A stretch of DNA of 64,000 nt from Eledone cirrhosa (taxonomy: Eukaryota). Shown here one piece after another: positions 1-14,940 of this stretch. The translations under genes and the position numbers were made by a program. The notes beneath the pieces were generated by a model. It ran no database searches. It saw nothing but the letters and a program-made list of their open reading frames with translations, and was not told where the DNA came from. Position 1 is the first letter of the stretch; each line of letters opens with the position of its first letter. The stretch lies in contig OZ024742.1 of the NCBI GenBank assembly GCA_964016885.1, positions 339,016,001 through 339,080,000 on the forward strand, in the 5' to 3' direction.

Positions 1-3000
1 AGTAGTCCCATGTTTTATGGTGTCCTAATGATAAGGTTTCTAGTAGTCCCATGTTTTATGGTGTCCTAATGATAGGGTCTGTAGTAGTCCCATATTTTAT
101 GGTGTTCTAATGATAGGATCTCTAGTAGTCCCATGTTTTATGGTGTTCTAATGATAAGGTCCCTAGTAGTCCCATGTTTTATGGTTTCCTAATGATAAGG
201 TTTCTAGTAGTCCCGTGTTTTATATGGTGTCCTAATGATAAGGTCTGTAGTAGTCCCATGTTTTATGGTGTCCTAATGATGAGGTTTCTAGTAGTCCCAT
301 GTTTTATCTCCTAATGATAGGCTCTCTAGTAGACTCATGTTTTATGGTGTTCTAATTATAAGGTCCCTAGTATTATCATCTTTTGTATGGTGTCCTAATG
401 ATAAGGTCTGTAGTAGTCCCATGTTTTATGGTGTCCTAATCATAGGGTCTTTAGTAGTCCCATGTTTTATGGTGTCCAAATGATAAGGTCTCTAGTAGTA
501 TCAAGTTTTATGGTGTCCTAATGATAAGGTCTCTAGTAGTCCCATGTTTTATGGTGTCCTAATGATAACGTCTGTAGTAGTCCCATGTTTTATGGTGTTC
601 TAATGATAAGGTCCGTAGTAGTATCATGTTTTATATGGTGTCCTAATGATAAGGTCTGTAGTAGTCCCATGTTTTATGGTGTCCTAATGATAAGGTTTCT
701 AGAAGTCCCATGTTTTATGGTGTCCTAATGATAAGGTTTCTAGTAGTCCCATGTTTTATGGTGTCCTTATGATAGGATCTGTAGTCGCCCCATGTTTTAT
801 AGTGTCCTAATGATAAGGTCTCTAGTAATCCCATGTTTTATAGTGTGCTAATGATAAGGTCTCTAGTAGTATCAAGTTTTATGGTGTCCTAATGATAAGG
901 TCTCTAGTAGTCGCATGTTATATAGTGTCCTAATGATAAGGTCTCTAGTAGTCCCATGTTTTATAGTGTCCTAATGTTAAGGTCTCTAGTAATCCCATGT
1001 TTTATAGTGTCCTAATGATAAGGTCTCTAGTAATCCCATGTTTTATAGTGTCCTAATGATAAGGTCCCTAGTACTCTCATGTTTTATGGTGTCCTAATGA
1101 TAAGGTCTCTAGTAGTCCCATGTTTTATAGTGTCCTAATGATAAGGTCTCTAGTAGTCCCATGTTTTATAGTGTCCTAATGATAAGGTCTCTATTAATCC
1201 CATGTTTTATAGTGTCCTAATGATAAGGTTTCTAGTAGTATCAAGTTTTATGGTGTCCTAATGATCAGGGTTCTAGTAGTCCCATGTTTTATGTCCTTAA
1301 TGATAGGGTCTCTAGTAGTCCCATGTTTTATGGTGTCCTAATGATAAGGTCCCTAAGAGTATCACGTTTTATTGTGTCCTAATGATAAGGTCTCTAATAG
1401 TCCCATGTACTATGGCGTCCTAATGATAAGGTACCTAGTAGTATCAGGTTTTATATGGTGTCCTAATGAAAAGGTTTCTAGTAATCCCATGTTTTATGGT
1501 GTCCTAATGATAAGGTTTCTAGTAGTCCCATATTTTATGGTGTCCTAATGATAAGGTTTCCAGTAGTCCCATGTTTTATGCCGTCCTAATGATAGGGTCT
1601 CTAGTAGTCCCATGTTTTATGGTGTTCTAATGATGAGGTCCCTAGTAGTCCCATGTTTTATGGTGTCCTAATGATCAGGTTTCTAGTAGTCCCATGTTTT
1701 ATGGTGTCCTAATAATAAGGTCTCTAGTAATCCCATGTTTTATAGTGTCCTAATGATAAGGTCTCTAGTAATCCCATGTTTTATAGTGTCCTAATGATAA
1801 GGTCCCTAGTAGTCTCATGTTTTATGGTGTCCTAATGATAAGGTCTCTAGTAGTCCCATCTTTTATAGTGTCCTAATGATAAGGTCTCCAGTAGTCCCAT
1901 CTTTTATGGTGTCCTAATGATAAGGTTTCTAGTAGTCCCATGTTTTATGGTGTCCTAATGATAAGGTTTCTAGTAGTCCCATGTTTTATGGTGTCCTAAT
2001 GATAGGGTCTGTAGTAGTCCCATATTTTATGGTGTTCTAATGATAGGATCTCTAGTAGTCCCATGTTTTATGGTGTTCTAATGATAAGGTCCCTAGTAGT
2101 CCCATGTTTTATGGTTTCCTAATGATAAGGTTTCTAGAAGTCCTATGTTTTATATGGTGTCCTAATGATAAGGTCTGTAGTAGTCCCATGTTTTATGGTG
2201 TCCTAATGATAAGGTTTCTAGTAGTCCCATGTTTTATCTCCTAATGATAGGCTCTCTAGTAGACTCATGTTTTATGGTGTTCTAATGATAAGGTCCCTAG
2301 TAGTCCCATGTTTTATGGTTTCCTAATGATAAGGTTTCTAGTAGTCCCATGTTTTATATGGTGTCCTAATGATAAGGTCTGTAGTAGTCCCATGTTTTAT
2401 GGCGTCCTAATGATAAGGTTTCTAGTAGTCCCATGTTTTATCTCCTAATGATAGGCTCTCTAGTAGACTCATGTTTTATGGTGTTCTAATTATAAGGTCC
2501 CTAGTATTATCATCTTTTGTATGGTGTCCTAATGATAAGGTCTGTAGTAGTCCCATGTTTTATGGTGTCCTAATCATAGGGTCTTTAGTAGTCCCATGTT
2601 TTATGGTGTCCAAATGATAAGGTCTCTAGTAGTATCAAGTTTTATGGTGTCCTAATGATAAGGTCTCTAGTAGTCCCATGTTTTATGGTGTCCTAATGAT
2701 AACGTCTGTAGTAGTCCCATGTTTTATGGTGTTCTAATGATAAGGTCCGTAGTAGTATCATGTTTTATATGGTGTCCTAATGATAAGGTCTGTAGTAGTC
2801 CCATGTTTTATGGTGTCCTAATGATAAGGTTTCTAGAAGTCCCATGCTTTATGGTGTCCTAATGATAAGGTTTCTAGTAGTCCCATGTTTTATAGTGTCC
2901 TTATGATAGGATCTGTAGTCGCCCCATGTTTTATAGTGTCCTAATGATAAGGTCTCTAGTAATCCCATGTTTTATAGTGTGCTAATGATAAGGTCTCTAG

Positions 3001-6000
3001 TAGTATCAAGTTTTATGGTGTCCTAATGATAAGGTCTCTAGTAGTCCCATGTTATATAGTGTCCTAATGATAAGGTCTCTAGTAGTCCCATGTTTTATAG
3101 TGTCCTAATGATAAGGTCTCTAGTAATCCCATGTTTTATAGTGTCCTAATGATAAGGTCTCTAGTAATCCCATGTTTTATAGTGTCCTAATGATAAGGTC
3201 CCTAGTACTCTCATGTTTTATGGTGTCCTAATGATAAGGTCTCTAGTAGTCCCATGTTTTATAGTGTCCTAATGATAAGGTCTCTAGTAGTCCCATGTTT
3301 TATAGTGTCCTAATGATAAGGTCTCTATTAATCCCATGTTTTATAGTGTCCTAATGATAAGGTTTCTAGTAGTATCAAGTTTTATGGTGTCCTAATGATC
3401 AGGGTTCTAGTAGTCCCATGTTTTATGTCCTTAATGATAGGGTCTCTAGTAGTCCCATGTTTTATGGTGTCCTAATGATAAGGTCCCTAAGAGTATCACG
3501 TTTTATTGTGTCCTAATGATAAGGTCTCTAATAGTCCCATGTACTATGGCGTCCTAATGATAAGGTACCTAGTAGTATCAGGTTTTATATGGTGTCCTAA
3601 TGATAAGGTCTCCAGTAGTCCCATGTTTTATGGTGTCCTAATGATATGGTCCCTAGTAGTATCATGTTTTATAGGGTGTTCTAATGATGAGGTCTGTAGT
3701 AGTCCCATGTTTTATGGTGTCCTAATGATAAGGTCTCTAGTAGTCCCATGTTTTATGGTGTCCTAATGATAAGGTTTCTAGTAGTCCCATCTTTTATGGT
3801 GTCCTAATGATAGGTCTGTATTCGTCCCATGTTTTATGGTGTCCTAATGATAAGGTCTCTAGTAGTATCATGTTTTATGGGGTCCTAATGATAAGGTCCC
3901 TAGTAGTCCCATATTTTATCGTGTCCTAATGATAAGGTCACTAGTAGTATCATGTATTATATGGCGTCCTAATGATAAGGTCTCTAGTAGTATTATGTTA
4001 TATGGTGTCCTAATGATAAGGTCTCTAGTAGTCCCATGTTATATGGTGTCCTAATGATAGGGTCTCTAGTAGTATCATGTTTTATATGGTGTCCTAATTA
4101 TAAGGTCTCCAGTAGTCCCATCTTTTATGGTGTCCTAATGATAAGGTTTCTAGTAGTCCCATGTTTTATGGTGTCCTAATGATAAGGTTTCTAGTAGTCC
4201 CATGTTTTATGGTGTCCTAATGATAGGGTCTGTAGTAGTCCCATATTTTATGGTGTTCTAATGATAGGATCTCTAGTAGTCCCATGTTTTATGGTGTTCT
4301 AATGATAAGGTCCCTAGTAGTCCCATGTTTTATGGTTTCCTAATGATAAGGTTTCTAGTAGTCCTATGTTTTATATGGTGTCCTAATGATAAGGTCTGTA
4401 GTAGTCCCATGTTTTATGGTGTCCTAATGATAAGGTTTCTAGTAGTCCCATGTTTTATCTCCCAATGATAGGGTCTCTAGTAGACTCATGTTTTATGGTG
4501 TTCTAATGATAAGGTCCCTAGTAGTATCATCTTTTTTATGGTGTCCTAATGATAAGGTCTGTAGTAGTCCCATGTTTTATGGTGTCCTAATCATAGGGTC
4601 TTTAGTAGTCCCATGTTTTATGGTGTCCAAATGATAAGGTCTCTAGTAGTATCAAGTTTTATGGTGTCCTAATGATAAGGTCTCTAGTAGTCCCATGTTT
4701 TATGGTGTCCTAATGATAACGTGTCTAGTAGTCCCATGTTTTATTGTGTCCTAATGATAAGGTCTCTAGTAGTATCATGTTTTAGGGTGTCCTAATGATA
4801 AGGTTTCTAGTAGTCCCATGTTTTATAGTGTCCTAATGATTGGATCTGTAGTCGTCCCATGTTTTATGGTGTTCTAATGATAAGGTCCCTAGTATTATCA
4901 TGTTTTATATGGTGTCCTAATGATAAGGTCTGTAGTAGTCCCATGTTTTATGGTGTCCTAATGATAAGGTTTCTAGTAGTCCCATGTTTTATGGTGTCCT
5001 AATGATAAGGTTTCTAGTAGTCCCATGTTTTATGGTGTCCTTATGATAGGATCTGTAGTCGCCCCATGTTTTATAGTGTCCTAATGATAAGGACTCTAGT
5101 AATCCCATGTTTTATAGTGTGCTAATGATAAGGTCTCTAGTAGTATCAAGTTTTATGGTGTCCTAATGATAAGGTCTCTAGTAGTCCCATGTTATATAGT
5201 GTCCTAATGATAAGGTCTCTAGTAGTCCCATGTTTTATAGTGTCCTAATGATAAGGTCTCTAGTAATCCCATGTTTTATAGTGTCCTAATGATAAGGTCT
5301 CTAGTAATCCCATGTTTTATAGTGTCCTAATGATAAGGTCCCTAGTAGTCTCATGTTTTATGGTGTCCTAATGATAAGGTCTCTAGTAGTCCCATATTTT
5401 ATAGTGTCCTAATGATAAGGTCTATAGTAGTCCCATGTTTTATAGTGTCCTAATGATAAGGTCTCTATTAATCCCATGTTTTATAGTGTCCTAATGATAA
5501 GGTTTCTAGTAGTATCAAGTTTTATGGTGTCCTAATGATCAGGGTTCTAGTAGTCCCATGTTTTATGTCCTTAATGATAGGGTCTCTAGTAGTCCCATGT
5601 TTTATGGTGTCCTAATGATAAGGTCCCTAAGAGTATCACGTTTTATTGTGTCCTAATGATAAGGTCTCTAATAGTCCCATGTTCTATGGCGTCCTAATGA
5701 TAAGGTACCTAGTAGTATCAGGTTTTATATGGTGTCCTAATGATAAGGTCTCCAGTAGTCCCATGTTTTATGGTGTCCAAATGATAAGGTCCCTAGTAGT
5801 ATCATGTTTTATAGGGTGTTCTAATGATGAGGTCTGTAGTAGTCCCATGTTTTATGGTGTCCTAATGATAAGGTTTATAGTAGTCCCATGTTTTATGATG
5901 TCCTAATGATAAGGTCTCTAGTAGTCCCATGTTTTATGGTGTCCTAATGATAAGGTTTCTAGTAGTACCATCTTTTATGGTGTCCTAATGATAGGTTTGT

Positions 6001-9000
6001 ATTCGTCCCATGTTTTATGGTGTCCTAATGATAAGGTCTCTAGTAGTATCATGTTTTATGGGGTCCTAATGATAAGGTCCCTAGTAGTATCATGTTTTAT
6101 ATGGCGTCCTGATGATAAGGTCTCTAGTAGTATTATGTTATATGGTGTCCTAATGATAAGGTCTCTAGTAGTCCCATGTTTTATGGCGTCCTAATAATAG
6201 GGTCTCTAGTAGACCCATGATTTATGGTGTCCTAATGATAAGGTCACTAGTAGTATCATGTTTTATATGGTGTCCTAATGATAAGGTCTCCAGTAGTCCC
6301 ATCTTTTATGGTGTCCTAATGATAAGGTTTCTAGTAGTCTCATGTTTTATGGTGTCCTAATGATAAGGTTTCTAGTAGTCCCATGTTTTATGGTGTTCTA
6401 ATGATAGGGTCTCTAGTAGTCCCATGTTTTATGGTGTCCTAATGATAAGGTCACTAGTAGTATCATGTTTTATATGGCGTCCTAATGATAAGGTCTCTAG
6501 TAGTATTATGTTATATGGTGTCCTAATGATAAGGTCTCCAGTAGTCCCATGTTTTATGGTGTCCTAATGATAAGGTCTTTAGTGGCATTATGTTTTATGA
6601 TGTCCTAATGATAAGGTCTCTAGTATTATCATGTTTTATGTTGTTCTAATGATAAGGTCTCTAATATTCCTATGTTTTATGGCGTCCTTATGATAAGGTC
6701 CCGAGTAGTATCATGTTTTATATGGTGTCCTAATGATAAGGTCTCCAGCAGTCCCATGTTTTATGGTGTCCTAATGATAAGGTCCATAGTAGTATCATGT
6801 TTTATAGGGTGTTCTAATGATAAGGTCTGTAGTAGTCCCATCTTTTATGGTGTCCTAATGATAACGTTTCTTGTAGTCCCATGTTTTATGGTGTCATAAT
6901 GATAAGGTTTCTAGTAGTCCCATGTTTTATGGTGTCCTAATGATAGGATCTGTAGTCGTCCCATGTTTTATGCTGTTCTAATGATAAGGTCCCTAGTAGT
7001 ATCATGTTTTACATGGTGTCCTAATGATAAGGTCTGTAGTAGTCCCATGTTTTATGGTGTCCTAATGATAAAGTTTCGATTAGTCCCATGTTTTATGGTG
7101 TCCTAATGATAAGGTTTCTAGTAGTCTGATGTTTTATGGTGTCCTAATGATAGGATCTGTAGTCGTCCCATGTTTTATAGTGTCCTAATGATAAGGTCTC
7201 TAGTAATCCCATGTTTTATAGTGTCCTAATGATAAGGTCTCTAGTAGTATCAAGTTTTATGGTGTCCTAATGATAAGGTCCCTAGTAGTCCCATGTTTTA
7301 TGGTGTCCTAATGATACGGTCTCTAGTAGTCCCATGTTTTATAGTGTCCTAATGATAAGGTCTCTAGTAGTCCCATGTTTTATAGTGTCCTAATGATAAG
7401 GTTTCTAGTAGTATCAAGTTTTATGGTGTCCGAATGATCTGGTTTCTAGTAGTCCCATGTTTTATGTCCTTAATGATAGGGTCTCTAGTAGTCCCATGTT
7501 TTATGGTGTCCTAATGATAAGATCCCTAATAGTATCACGTTTTATGGTGTTCTAATGATACGGTCTCTAATAGTCCCATGTTCTATGGCGTCCTAATGAT
7601 AAGGTACCTAGTAGTATCATGTTTTATATGGTGTCCTAATGATATGGTCTCCAGTAGTCCCATGTTTTATGGTGTCCTAATGATAAGGTTCCTAGTAGTC
7701 CCATGTTTTATGGTGTTCTTATGATAAGGTCCCTAGTAGTCCCATGTTTTATGGTTTCCTAATGATAAGGTTTCTAGTAGTCCCATCTTTTATATGGTGT
7801 CCTAATGATAAGGTCTGTAGTAGTCCCATGTTTTATGGTGTCCTAATGATAAGGTTTCTAGTAGTCCCATGTTTTATCTCCTAATGATAGGGTCTCTAGT
7901 AGTCCCATGTTTTATGGTGTTGTAATGATAAGGTCCCTAGTAGTATCATCTTTTGTATGGTGTCCTAATGATAAGGTCTGTAGTCGTCCAATGTTTTATG
8001 CTGTTCTAATGATAAGGTCCCTAGTAGTATCATGTTTTATATGGTGTCCTAATGATAAGGTCTGTAGTAGTCCCATGTTTTATGGTGTCCTAATGATAAG
8101 GTTTCGATTAGTCCCATGCTTTATGGTGTCCTAATGATAAGGTTTCTAGTAGTCTGATGTTTTATGGTGTCCTAATGATAGGATCTGTAGTCGTCCCATG
8201 TTTTATAGTGTCCTAATGATAAGGTCTCTAGTAATCCCATGTTTTATAGTGTCCTAATGATAAGGTCTCTAGTAGTATCAAGTTTTATGGTGTCCTAATG
8301 ATAAGGTCCCTAGTAGTCCCATGTTTTATGGTGTCCTAATGATAAGGTCTCTAGTAGTCCCATGTTTTATAGTGTCCTAATGATAAGGTTCCTAGTAGTA
8401 TCATGTTTTATAGGGTGTTCTAATGATAAGTCTGTAGTAGTCCCATGTTTTATGGTCTCCTAATGATAAGGTTTCTTGTAGTCCCATGTTTTATGGTGTC
8501 CTAATGATAAGGTTTATAGTAGTCCCATGTTTTATGGTGTCCTAATGATAAGGTTTCTAGTAGTCCCATGTTTTATGGTGTCCTAATGATAAGGTTTCTA
8601 GTAGTCCCATGTTTTATGGTGTCCTAATGATATGGTCTGTAGTCGTCCCATGTTTTATGGTGTCCTAATGATAAGGTCTCTAGTAGTATCATGTTTTATG
8701 GGGTCCTAATGATAAGGTCCCTAGTAGTCCCATATTTTATGGTGTTCTAATGATAAGGTCACTAGTAGTATCATGTTTTATATGGTGTCCTAATGATAAG
8801 GTCTCCAGTAGTCCCATCTTTGATGGTGTCCTAATGATAAGGTTTCTAGTAGTCCAAGGTTTTATGGTGTCCTAATGATAACGTTTCTAGTAGTCCCATG
8901 TTTTATGGTGTCCTAATGATAACGTTTCTAGTAGTCCCATGTTTTATGGTGTCCTAATGATAGGATCTGTAGTCGTCCCATGTTTTATAGTGTCCTAATG

Positions 9001-12000
9001 ATAATGTCTCTAATAATCCCATGTTTTATAGTGTCCTAATGATAAGGTCTCTAGTAGTATCAAGTTTTATGGTGTCCTAATGATAAGGTCCCTAGTAGTC
9101 CCATGTTTTATGGTGTCCTAATGATAAGGTCTCTAATAGTCCCATGTTTTATAGTGTCCTAATGATAAGGTCTCTAGTAGTCCCATGTTTTATAGTGTCC
9201 TAATGATAAGGTCTCTAGTAATCCCATGTTTTATAGTGTCCTAATGATAAGGTTTCTAGTAGTATCAAGTTTTATGGTGTCCTAATGATCAGGTTTCTAG
9301 TAGTCCCATGTTTTATGTCCTTAATGATAGGGTCTGTAGTAGTCCCATGTTTTATGGTGTCCTAATGATAAAGTCCCTAGTAGTATCATGTTTTATATGG
9401 TGTCCTAATGATAAAGTCTCCAGTAGTCCCATGCTTTATGGTGTCCTAATGATAAGGTCTCTAGTAGTCCCATATTTTATGGTGTCCTAATGATAAGGTC
9501 CCTAGTTGTATCATGCTGTATGGTGTCCTAATGATAAGGTCTCTAGTAGTCCCATCTTTTATGGTGTCCTAATGATAAGGTCCCTAGTAGTATCATGTTT
9601 TATATGGTGTTCTAATGATAAGGTCTCTAGTAGTCCCATGTTTTATGGTGTCCTAATGATAAGGTCCCTAGTAGTATCATGTTTTATGGTGTCCTAATGT
9701 TAAAGTCTCTAGTAGACCCATGTTTTATGGTGTTCTAATGATAAGGTCCCTAGTAGTCCCATATTTTATGGTGTTCTAATGATAAGGTCACTAGTAGTAT
9801 CATGTTTTATATGGTGTCCTAATGATAAGGTCTCCAGTAGTCCCATCCTTGATGGTGTCCTAATGATAAGGTTTCTAGTAGTCCAAGGTTTTATGGTGTC
9901 CTAATGATAACGTTTCTAGTAGTCCCATGTTTTATGGTGTCCTAATGATAACGTTTCTAGTAGTCCCATGTTTTATGGTGTCCTAATGATAGGATCTGTA
10001 GTCGTCCCATGTTTTATAGTGTCCTAATGATAATGTCTCTAATAATCCCATGTTTTATAGTGTCCTAATGATAAGGTCTCTAGTAGTATCAAGTTTTATG
10101 GTGTCCTAATGATAAGGTCCCTAGTAGTCCCATGTTTTATGGTGTCCTAATGATAAGGTCTCTAGTAGTCCCATGTGTTATAGTGTCCTAATGATAAGGT
10201 CTCTAGTAGTCCCATGTTTTATAGTGTCCTAATGATAAGGTCTCTAGTAATCCCATGTTTTATAGTGTCCTAATGATAAGGTTTCTAGTAGTATCAAGTT
10301 TTATGGTGTCCTAATGATCAGGTTTCTAGTAGTCCCATGTTTTATGTCCTTAATGATAGGGTCTGTAGTAGTCCCATGTTTTATGGTGTCCTAATGATAA
10401 AGTCCCTAGTAGTATCATGTTTTATATGGTGTCCTAATGATAAAGTCTCCAGTAGTCCCATGTTTTATGGTGTCCTAATGATAAGGTCTCTAGTAGTCCC
10501 ATATTTTATGGTGTCCTAATGATAAGGTCCCTAGTTGTATCATGCTGTATGGTGTCCTAATGATAAGGTCTCTAGTAGTCCCATCTTTTATGGTGTCCTA
10601 ATGATAAGGTCCCTAGTAGTATCATGTTTTATATGGTGTTCTAATGATAAGGTCTCTAGTAGTCCCATGTTTTATGGTGTCCTAATGATAAGGTCCCTAG
10701 TAGTATCATGTTTTATGGTGTCCTAATGTTAAAGTCTCTAGTAGACCCATGTTTTATGGTGTTCTAATGATAAGGTCCATAGTAGTATCATGTTTTATCG
10801 TGTCCTAATGATAAGGTCTCTAGTAGTCCCATCTTTTATGGTGTCCTAATGATAAGGTCTCTAGTAGTCCCATGTTTTATGGTGTCCTAATGATAATGTA
10901 TCTAGCAGTCCCATCTTTTATGGTGTCCTAATGATAAGGTCTCTAGTAGTCCCATCTTTTATGGTGTCCTAATGATAAGGTCTCTAGTAGTCCCATCTTT
11001 TATGGTGCCCTAATGATAAGGTTTCTAGTAGTCCCATGTTCTATGGTGTCCTAATGATAAGGTCTCTAATAGTCCCATCTTTCATGGTGTCCTAATGATA
11101 AGGTCTCTAGTAGTCCCATGTTTTATGGTGTCCTAATGATAATGACTCTAACAGTATCATGTTTTATGGTGTCCTAATGATAAGGTCTCTAGTAGTCCCA
11201 TCTTTTATGGTGTCCTAATGATAAGGTCTCTAGTAGTCCCATATTCTATGGTGTCCTAATGATAAGGTCCCTAGTAGTATCATGTTGTACGGTGTCCTAA
11301 TGATAAGGTCTCTAGTAGTCCCATCTTTTATGGTGTCCTAATGATAATGTCCCTAGTAGTATCATGTTTTATATGGTGTTCTAATGATAAGGTCTCTAGT
11401 AGTCCCATGTTTTATGGTGTCCTAATGATAAGGCCTCTAGTAGTCCCATGTTTTATGGTGTCCTAATGATAGGGTCTGTAGTAGTCCCATGATTTATGGT
11501 GTCCTAATGATAGGGTCTCTAGTAGTCCCATGTTTTATGGTGTCCTAATGATAGGGTCTCTAGTAGTCCCATGTTTTATGGTGTCCTAATTATAAGGTCT
11601 CTAGTATTCCCATGTTTTAATGGTGTCCTAATGATAAGGTCTCTTGTAGTCCCATGTTTTATGGTGTCCTAATGATAAGGTCCCTAGTAGTATCATGTTT
11701 TATGGTGTCCTAATGATAAGGTCTCTAGTAGTCCCATGTTTTATGGTGTCCTAATGATAAGGTCTCTAGTAGTCCCATGTTTTATGGTGTCCTAATGATA
11801 AGGACTCTAGTAGTCCCATGTTTTATGGTGTCCTAATGATAAGGTCCCTAGTAGTCCCATGTTTTATGGTGTCCTAATGATAAGGTCTCTAGTAGTCCCA
11901 TGTTTTATGGTGTCCTAATGATAAGGTCCCTAGTAGTATCATGTTTTATGGTGTCCTAATGATAAGGTCTCTTGTAGTCCAATGTTTTAAGGTGTCCTAA

Positions 12001-12023
12001 TGATAATGTCTCTAGTAGTATCA
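1..12023. repeat. 41-bp tandem satellite (consensus AGTAGTCCCATGTTTTATGGTGTCCTAATGATAAGGTCTCT), truncated by window start
   Basis: Unit restarts at 1, 42, 83 and so on; 39-43 bp length variants; variant patterns recur at kb scale; ends abruptly at a SINE. Confidence 0.98.
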
Positions 12024-12029
12024 GGGCTG

Positions 12030-12240
12030 TGTATTGGCAGTTGAATCGGTAGAGGACAACATGCTTTATGGCATAGAGTTACGTCCCTTTCAGTTCTGAG
12101 TTCAAACCCAACCGAGGTTAGTTTTGCTTTTCATGCTGACGGAGACGATAAAATATAGTACTAGTGACACAGTGGGGTCGATTTAATCGACTTCCCCCTC
12201 CCTCCAAATTGCTGACCTTGTTCCTAAATCAGAAACTGAT
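12030..12240 (+). mobile_element. tRNA-derived SINE, cephalopod-type family 1 (degenerate)
   Basis: GTTCTGAGTTCAAA B-box-like motif, then GCTTTTCAT..GATAAAATA..GGGGTCGATTTAATCGACT..GCTGACCTTG; same blocks recur at 33080-33295 (+), 25515-25735 (-) and 49115-49335 (-). Confidence 0.8.
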
Positions 12241-12383
12241 ATTTTAAAACACATCACAGACTCAGTTAACATGCATTTATCTCTTACAATTACAGTGCTC
12301 AAAATTTAAAACCTGTATTATGTTGCATTCGTATCTTTGGAATTAGTTTTTAAAAATTTAGATAATTATTAATAATAATTATT

Positions 12384-12560
12384 AGGTACCGACTTGGCTT
12401 TATCTTAGATGAGTTCGCTTCACAACAACATGGTCTCGGTTTATTCCCACTGTGAAGCATTACTGGCAAGTGTGTTCTACCATAGCCTTGTCTTATACTA
12501 TGTCCTGTAAATACTATGTTAGTAAAATTTGGAAGATTGAAAGTGTATAGAAGCCCGTTG
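12384..12560 (+). mobile_element. tRNA-derived SINE, family 2 (degenerate)
   Basis: CCCACTG..GGCAAGTGTGTTCTACCATAGCC..AGAAGCCCGT; homologous to the minus-strand copy at ~18770-18912. Confidence 0.65.
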
Positions 12561-12667
12561 AGACAATTATTTACTTCTGTTTTTTTTCTTTATCTTCATT
12601 CCTAAACGTGAACGTGAACCTGATAAGATTTTGTATTTTTGCATTTTGCATCACTGTGTTTGTCTCG

Positions 12668-13425
12668 TATATCTCTTTATATATATCTATATATCTATAT
12701 ATCTATATATCTATATCTATATATCTATATATCTATATCTATATCTATATATCTATATATCTATATCTATATATCTATATATCTATATCTATATCTATAT
12801 ATCTATATATCTATATATCTATATATCTATATCTATATATCTATATATCTATATCTATAACTATATATCTATATATCTATATATCTATATATCTATATAT
12901 CTATATCTATATCTATATCTATATATCTATATATCTATATATCTATATATCTATATATCTATATATCTATATCTATATCTATATATCTATATCTATATCT
13001 ATATATCTATATATCTATATATCTATATATCTATATCTATATATCTATATATCTATATCTATATCTATATATCTATATATATATATCTATATATCTATAT
13101 ATCTATATATCTATGTATCTATATATGTATATCTATATATCTATATATCTATATATCTATATCTATATATCTATATCTATATATGTATATATCTATATCT
13201 ATATATCTATATATCTATATATCTATATCTATATATCTATATCTATATATCTATATATATATCTATATATCTATATATCTATATCTATATATCTATATCT
13301 ATATATCTATATATCTATATCTATACCTATATATCTATATCTATATATATCTATATATCTATATCTATATATCTATATCTAAATATCTATATATCTCTAT
13401 ATATATCTATATATCTATACATCTA

Positions 13426-13522
<97 letters not shown>

Positions 13523-13541
13523 TTCAAAAATATACGAGACA

Positions 13542-13616
<75 letters not shown>
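12668..13616. repeat. Compound microsatellite (ATATCT/ATATATCT)n, (CT)n, (TA)n
   Basis: Direct reading; explains the IY/SL-rich ORFs at 12608-13698. Confidence 0.97.
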
Positions 13617-14893
13617 TTAGCTTTTTAATTTGTTTTGCAGGATTTCTTATCTGAAAACGTGTGTTGAAACAGATCGTGTCATACCTTAGGAGGGTCATGT
13701 TGCCAATAAAAACACACGCACCTGCTGCTTTTCACTTCAATTTATTATAAATTTCCAGTTGGTTCGATAACCGGATGGTTGTTTATATATTGTCAAAGCT
13801 CTTTCACATTCTGTGACCTCTTAAATGAGTGGGTTTTTATTTTGTGTCTCTCATTTATTCTGTCCTACACCATCTTGCTTTTGTGTGCTGTGTGTTCAAC
13901 ACACTAAAACAAGATACTCTACAATAACTATTAGGAATAAACATAAAGTTACCACCATTTAGTATAACTACTATAGCTTACTAATATTTTATTCATTTAA
14001 TTAATATATGGGTAGGTAGTAATAATGAGACCTTTAATGAGACCTTTAATGTATTATAGGAAAATAGATTATATTTAAAATTAAATATATAAATTTAAAA
14101 ATAAATAGCATTATATAAAAGGATTCACTTATAACATAATATGTTGTATATTAACACATAGAATTTAACTAATTGGAGCTGTAAACAACTATACATTTTT
14201 TTTCTCTTATACATAAATTAATCGCCAATTACCTCCCCTTTCCCATTAGCTCCCCCTAATATAGATCTCTAATTCACTTCCTGAAATTAAACCGTTGGAC
14301 AGATCACTCTAGAACAACTCGAACCCTTGATAAGATTGTAATAGGAGCAATATACAATCCATAGTTGTAACTACTGATAAACATTTACTAAAATTTAACC
14401 AATGTAATGGAAAGGAAAGCCTTAATATTAATACTCACAACACATGCACATTTGAACATTACCGGAACAATTGTCACACTTCATCCACCATAAACTTCAT
14501 AGAAACTGCTTTTAATACACAAGCATCTCAAGCTGTTTAATATGCTTTTATACCTGTATTGTATTATGTGATACCTTTGCCATACTGTGATATATATGCT
14601 TAGTACCATTGCTTGTTTCTTACCTGGATATTCTGTACATGCCTAATACCTCTACACTCTTTCTATACGCTTGCACATGTACTGCTAATGTCCTCGTTTT
14701 GCAAGTAACTTTCTTCCTTAATTCCTCTATAATTGTTGTATTATTCTTTTATAATCTTTGTCGCATCCACTGATACTGACCACATCATCTTCACTCTTTA
14801 AATATGACACTGTTAATGACAAGACTAACATCTACGTATCTTTACAATTGTTCTGTGGAATAGGAGGTTAATTATGTGTCTAAACTTTGTTAG

Positions 14894-14940
14894 TGCTCCG
14901 ATAATTCCAAATGAAAATTTGGAAGAAACGATTGTCAGCA
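14894..14940 (+). ncRNA. Degenerate type I hammerhead ribozyme (family H)
   Basis: TGCT-CCGATAA-TTCCAAAT gaaa ATTTGGAA-GAAA-CGATTG-TC-AGCA; stems intact, core deviates from CUGANGA; flanks ~14600-14980 are homologous to inverted 57300-57790. Confidence 0.55.

Noticed and set aside
1-12023. 41-bp satellite as a hammerhead array (CTAATGA resembles CTGATGA) or as a CRISPR array
   Set aside because: No GAAA core half or consistent stems; no unique spacers and no cas genes; the short ORFs are just translated repeat
12608-13698. IY/YI-, VC-, HT- and MYVC-rich ORFs here and throughout the window
   Set aside because: Translations of (TA)n, (CA)n, (TATG)n and (CT)n microsatellites
13790-13830. Possible minus-strand hammerhead remnant (TCA-TTTAAGA..GAAA-GAGC-TT-TGA)
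   Set aside because: Core has two mismatches and stem II is poorly defined; too degraded to call
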